Assembly: GCA_964531335.1 (NCBI GenBank)
Contig: CAZHEV010000012.1
Span: forward strand, 34,866-98,865
Reading direction: 5' to 3'
From: an uncultured bacterium
Lineage (GTDB): Bacteria > Eisenbacteria > RBG-16-71-46 > CAZHEV01
Length of the DNA stretch: 64,000 nt
Below are positions 63,633 through 64,000 of this stretch, one piece after another. Every line of letters starts with the position of its first letter. Position 1 is the first letter of the stretch. The translations under genes and the position numbers were made by a program. The notes under the pieces were generated by a model. It was not told the DNA's origin, did not search any database, and was given only the letters and a program-made list of their open reading frames with translations.

Positions 63633-63851
63633 ATGCCCATGCACAGACATTTTGGAACCCGCATGCTGATGCTGATGAGTGTTCTTGCTCTGACCGCTAC
63701 GCCATGGGTTGCGTCGGGCGGTTCTTGTGATAAGGTCGCTCAACTCCTGGCTGCAACGAGCTTTGGTTACAACGCGGGTACTGCGAGACTCCCAGAAAAC
63801 ATAGATACACGCATTTGCTGGGATAGCGGTGCTAACTGCGCTTTGTGCTGA
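63633..63851 (+). CDS. small secreted Cys-containing hypothetical protein (72 aa)
   Basis: This ORF-track entry has a signal-like segment RMLMLMSVLALTATPWVASG and 4 Cys in the mature part. GC is lower than in the surrounding DNA. I recognise no homology. Confidence 0.35.
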   Translation: MPMHRHFGTRMLMLMSVLALTATPWVASGGSCDKVAQLLAATSFGYNAGTARLPENIDTRICWDSGANCALC

Positions 63852-63884
63852 CAAGAGCCCGCCGCTGCTGGTACATGCATAGAT

Positions 63885-64000
63885 ATGTACCTGCGAACCA
63901 CCCGGCGCAAGAAGAAGGACGGAACCGCGGTCGAGTACTACCAGCTCGCCGAGACCCGTTGGAATCCCCAGACCAAGCGGCCCGAGGTGCAGGTCATCCA
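63885..64000 (+). CDS. IS1634/IS4-like transposase, N-terminal fragment (runs off the window)
   Basis: ATG 63885 opens MYLRTTRRKKKDGTAVEYYQLAETRWNPQTKRPEVQVI..., which closely resembles the stereotyped N-termini I recall for IS1634-family transposases (M-[FY]-[LI]-R-x-x-x-[RK]...KDG-[ST]-x-x-x-Y-x-Q-L-[AV]-[EH]). It is open to the window end and is not in the ORF track because it has no stop. Confidence 0.5.
   Translation, partial: MYLRTTRRKKKDGTAVEYYQLAETRWNPQTKRPEVQVI

Overview
This is a GC-rich bacterial contig. Most lines I hand-counted are about 60-75% GC, and the lineage is probably uncultivated. The layout runs as follows. (1) 1-2.6 kb holds a GT2 fragment, a Gfo/Idh/MocA oxidoreductase and a hypothetical protein. 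(2) 2.6-9.1 kb is a minus-strand tetR-OMF-MFP-RND efflux operon with a tandem-repeat operator candidate. (3) 9.5-17 kb carries a class I aminotransferase, an RdhA/QueG-like Fe-S protein plus a small 3-TM protein, an S9 peptidase with an extra C-terminal domain, and a GT-C membrane glycosyltransferase. (4) 17.0-20.5 kb is a sharply AT-richer island encoding one 962-aa secreted protein behind a near-consensus promoter. (5) 20.6-38.5 kb and 49.0-58.7 kb form a very large glycan (EPS or O-antigen-like) biosynthesis supercluster. It includes sugar aminotransferases, an SDR-DegT fusion, a tandem GNAT, GT-C and GT4 enzymes, AsnB, a carbamoyltransferase, a radical SAM enzyme, nucleotide-sugar enzymes and ManC. 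(6) 38.8-48.6 kb, between the two halves of that cluster, is the main finding: a complete diversity-generating retroelement (DGR). It has Avd, a DGR-type reverse transcriptase, one template repeat (TR) and two variable repeats (VR). In my hand alignment each VR has 19 substitutions, and all of them fall at TR adenines. Both diversified targets are NLR-like STAND NTPases built from a DUF4062/TIR-like N-terminus, a NACHT domain, a HEAT-like linker and a C-terminal FGE-type C-type-lectin fold that carries the VR. The second target is translationally coupled to an ORC/Cdc6-like AAA+ ATPase gene of lower GC. (7) 58.8-64 kb holds aspartate kinase, tRNA-Gly/tRNA-Cys, a STAS protein, a MinD/ParA-like ATPase, a GT1, tRNA-Leu, a low-GC small Cys-rich ORF and the 5' end of an IS1634-like transposase. 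Many long ORFs in the track are antisense or off-frame shadows typical of high-GC DNA and are not called. No CRISPR array or rRNA was seen.
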